Shown piece by piece: positions 60,920-64,000 of a stretch of 64,000 bases of DNA. Below the pieces are notes generated by a model. That model worked only from the letters and a program-made list of their open reading frames with translations. It was not told where the DNA came from and ran no database searches. The stretch is from positions 124,001 to 188,000 of the forward strand of contig FLMG01004374.1 in assembly GCA_900088475.1 (NCBI GenBank), read 5' to 3'. The stretch's first letter is position 1. Each line of letters opens with the position of its first letter. Source of the stretch: Hyphochytrium catenoides. Lineage: Eukaryota > Protista > Hyphochytriomycota. A program made the translations under genes and the position numbers.

Positions 60920-63900
60920 CTAAACGGTGAGGGCATAAGCTTCTTCCTCCTTCCTTAGCACTCCGTACTGTACGAGCAGCTCGAAGGTCTGCTTAGCTCC
61001 GGCATCCGATGGCATCTATGTACAAAAACTACCTTAGTAGCTATCATTGCGTGTAGGACATCTCTTGGGCAGGTTACCAATCGAACAGATAGAGGATCTC
61101 AAGCTCGCTGAGGGAGAGGAGGACGGCCACAACGGAGGAGTCGACACAGAGATTGAGATAGAAGCTGGCAAGGAGACTACGATAGTTGGTCCTGCACAGG
61201 GACTCAGTTCCCTTGAAAGAGCCGAAGATATAAAGAGTGAGCGTAGCTCCTCGCTACCTGAGGCAGAGCAGCCGTGGCTGTATACTGGCTAAGAAGTTCC
61301 ATCAAGGTCTTCTCTACCGCGTGACCTTGAGCTGGGGGCACTAGAGCGCGAAGCAGCTTGATCACACGGCCCTTCATGTGTTTGTTTCTCTCTGATAGCT
61401 CCACCAAGCTGTGCTGGGACTGACAACAGCGGTTGATTACAACCCCTATGAAGGAGATAGTGGAGATAAGATAGCGATACCAGGCCTAGTTCATTCTGAG
61501 CCTCCCGAAGTCTGTCGTCGATATTCTTGATCGCAGACTGCAGCTGAGAAATTGTTTAGCATCCTGAAAGAAGGTCTGACGAAGTTAACCCAACGAGGCA
61601 GTAAAGCTTGACATTGCAATAAAGCGAGACAGACGAACAAGCAGTATATAACCGATAGGTTGCAAGCGCCATGATCGAGATCATAGACCATACGATGATG
61701 CACACTTATAATGTTGGGACTAAGTGCTCACCATATCCTGTGAGCTAAGCTCCTCGAGCGAGCTCCTAAGCAACGAGGCCTGCTTTTCCATCTGGTGCAG
61801 ATTTGCTTTGGCTGTTTAGAGAGAAATGCGCGGAGAAAGCGAGCGTTAGGTCAATGTCAGACTCTTTGATAGCGCACTGCATCACTTCTAAGCTGGAGAG
61901 AAAGCCGGTGTCTCCTCTCGGTTATTTTATGTTTCAAGCCAGGAGCGCTGACATAAAAATAAGCAGCATGAGACCGTGATACCTTTCTCTAGATACAGGA
62001 TCCTTTTCTGGTGTCTCTCCTCTTCTTCAGAGTACTTCCTCTTTTTGCCGACATTAGCTGCTTCTTCTTCGTTAGCTTTCAGTGCTGCCTCCTTCTCTCC
62101 AAGCTGAGCCGTCAGTTCCTCTTGTTGCCCCTGTTACCAGACCGCAGAACAATTAGTACTCGAGCTGCTTTCGTATAGTCTAATATGACAAAGTTCCTGA
62201 TGCAGTTCTAGACAATAGTTCCAGCTGCTGTTGGGCAAGAGGAGAGCTGGACAAGTCCTCTTCTTCTCCCCTTCTCTGCCACTCGCCGCATCTTTCCCTG
62301 GCCTCTCTTCTCCTTTCGGGTTGCTCTTCCCCTACGAACCCTACCAAAATGATCGGCAGTGCAGCTGCGTCCCCTATAAATGGAACTCTCTTCAAGAATG
62401 CCCCCCTTTTAGTTGTAATGACCTACCAGAAGCTCTGAGAGTTCTTGCTGTGCGTTTTGGAGCTCTGTTCTCACTTCCTGTGCCCGCCGTTCAAATCCCT
62501 GTTCCTCCCCACGTTCCCATTGTTGTATGCGAGACAGTAGGTCTTCTCGCTTGGCCGACGCCGCTTGCAGCCGCTACAGAGGGGTCATGAGACTTCACCT
62601 CTTGGCAGATGATGATGACACAAAATTTCGCACGCAAAGGGACAAACTGCCAAGAGATCTGCAGAGGGGGCCTTCAAGCAAGAAACGGTGTACATCGGGA
62701 GCAGAGAAATTCTTACGTTTTCAACCTCTCTGAGGTCTTCTTCCAAGCGTTGTAGCGTTTGGTTGCGCTCCATCTACAGAATAGTTTGTCCAGAGAGACA
62801 GAGAAGGACGTCGCCTATCAGGGCATGGCAGCGCAAGTCACAGGCACTATGAGATAGGAACCCTGACCTGGAGGCTTTCTTCCAACTGGGAAGCGGTCAG
62901 CCGCAGCTAGAGAGACAAGCACAAGGGGCCGAAGTGGATGTTACCGATAAGAGACAGAGATAGTTATAGATATGGTCTACGCTGTGATTGAGGGTGCCTT
63001 CAAACAGCTAGGCAGCCCATTAGGCAAGGAACAAAAATTAGACCACTCACATCCGCTGACTGTCTGCGTCTTTCTGTCTCGAGAGCCTTCTTTTCAGCCG
63101 CAGCACTCTTAATTGCTTCATTCGCTACAAGGAGGAGAAAGGGAGGAGCCTTCAGGAGCTGGAGGATCGAAGACCGCTCATAGGGCGAAGAGAGGGCAAG
63201 GAGAATATAGTCTGATTGTAAGAAATAAAAAAGTGTGGCGTCTGTACAAGGAGGTTAGGGGATCTGTACCTTCCTTCAATAGTTCTTCCAAAAGGATCAA
63301 CTTCTCCTTAGACTTGGAAGTTGACAGCGTCTGCAGGTCTGATTCAGAGACTAGACGGTAGACCTAGAAGCAATCATAGTGAGCAAGCCAGGCCTTATAT
63401 AACACACCAGCCGTCCTGACGGCTCGATGCTTAAGCCAGGCCACATGTAGAATGGGGATGGGGCTACTGAATGACAGAGAGATTATCCAACAGATGGGAG
63501 GTGACAAAAATGGAGCATATCGAGGGGCCTTCAAAACAAACCACGACGAGAGCCTCGGCCGAGCTCATCACGCACCAGTTGTGGCCTCTTACTGCTAAGA
63601 ATCTCTTTAGTTACAGCCTCCTGTTGCTCGAGTGTGGAGTTGACATTACGGATCTAGAGACATGGAGTTAACGGACGGCTCCCTTCCACATTGCCGTCTT
63701 TGGAGAACTCGTTTCGAAGGTGTTCAAACATAAAGAAGAAGGGTATCCTCCCATCCGCGGTGCAAGACTTCATACGCCCGCCTTGGTCAGGGCTTTCCCT
63801 ACCTTCTCGTAGATCGCTTGCAGCTGAGACAGTGCTTGCTCCAGAGCTGGCGCTCGGTTCTCGCTCATTGTTCCCGCTTATCCCGCTCTTGGCAGGAGGG

Positions 63901-64000
63901 AAGGTCAAGAAGGCGAAAAGGAGATCTAGTCTCCTCTAGTGCCGAACCAGAACGATCGCACGCGGACTATTGGTTTCCAGCGTTCTGCAATACGGTGAAT
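60920..64000 (-). CDS. Uncharacterised multi-exon Ser-rich / coiled-coil protein (5' end beyond the right edge)
   Basis: Minus-strand exons bounded by GT-AG, with E/K/Q/L-rich content (e.g. MERNQTLQRLEEDLREVEN, QQEELTAQLGEKEAALKANEEEAA). The end is at either ~61074 or ~60920. Confidence 0.55.

Noticed and set aside
1-64000. Stop-codon reassignment or selenocysteine recoding as the cause of fragmented ORFs
   Set aside because: Breaks in conserved proteins (GDH-like, PSMB7, PP2C, DDHD) are explained by in-phase spliceosomal introns, and TAA, TAG and TGA all serve as terminal stops.
1-64000. Introner-like repeated intron family
   Set aside because: By eye the introns share only splice signals and compositional bias, with no extended similarity or terminal repeats. 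An all-versus-all alignment was not run.

Overview
Gene-dense eukaryotic (protist) nuclear DNA of roughly 50% GC with many short GT-AG introns, CTAAC/CTGAC-type branch points and a standard genetic code. Gene content suggests a flagellated SAR/stramenopile-type organism (inference only). By manual splicing I find about 17 protein-coding genes: a GDH-fold protein cut by the left edge, an uncharacterised multi-exon gene, proteasome beta-2, a HAD-IIB hydrolase, a DDHD/WWE phospholipase A1, a conserved membrane protein, an intronless WGR-WWE-WGR protein, a ~14 kb IQ/Sfi1-like/ankyrin/coiled-coil gene spanning an assembly gap, symplekin, a triple telobox-Myb plus linker-histone-domain protein, a TM+WW protein, an N-myristoylated globin, a multi-TM protein, an NWE-motif calcyphosin-like protein, a membrane-anchored PP2C and a coiled-coil gene cut by the right edge. 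A very decayed LTR-retroelement relic probably lies at ~50.9-53.5 kb. The most notable observations are: (1) a 3x telobox-Myb + GH1 protein with the same phase-0 intron in each repeat; (2) a GDH homologue that has lost all three active-site lysines but keeps its nucleotide-binding fold; (3) a predicted membrane-anchored globin with Lys at the distal E7 position; (4) nine GTAC motifs in ~120 bp of a divergent promoter; (5) a PARP-like WGR/WWE reader with no catalytic domain. No searches were run. Family calls rest on remembered motifs, and exon structures are hand-inferred.
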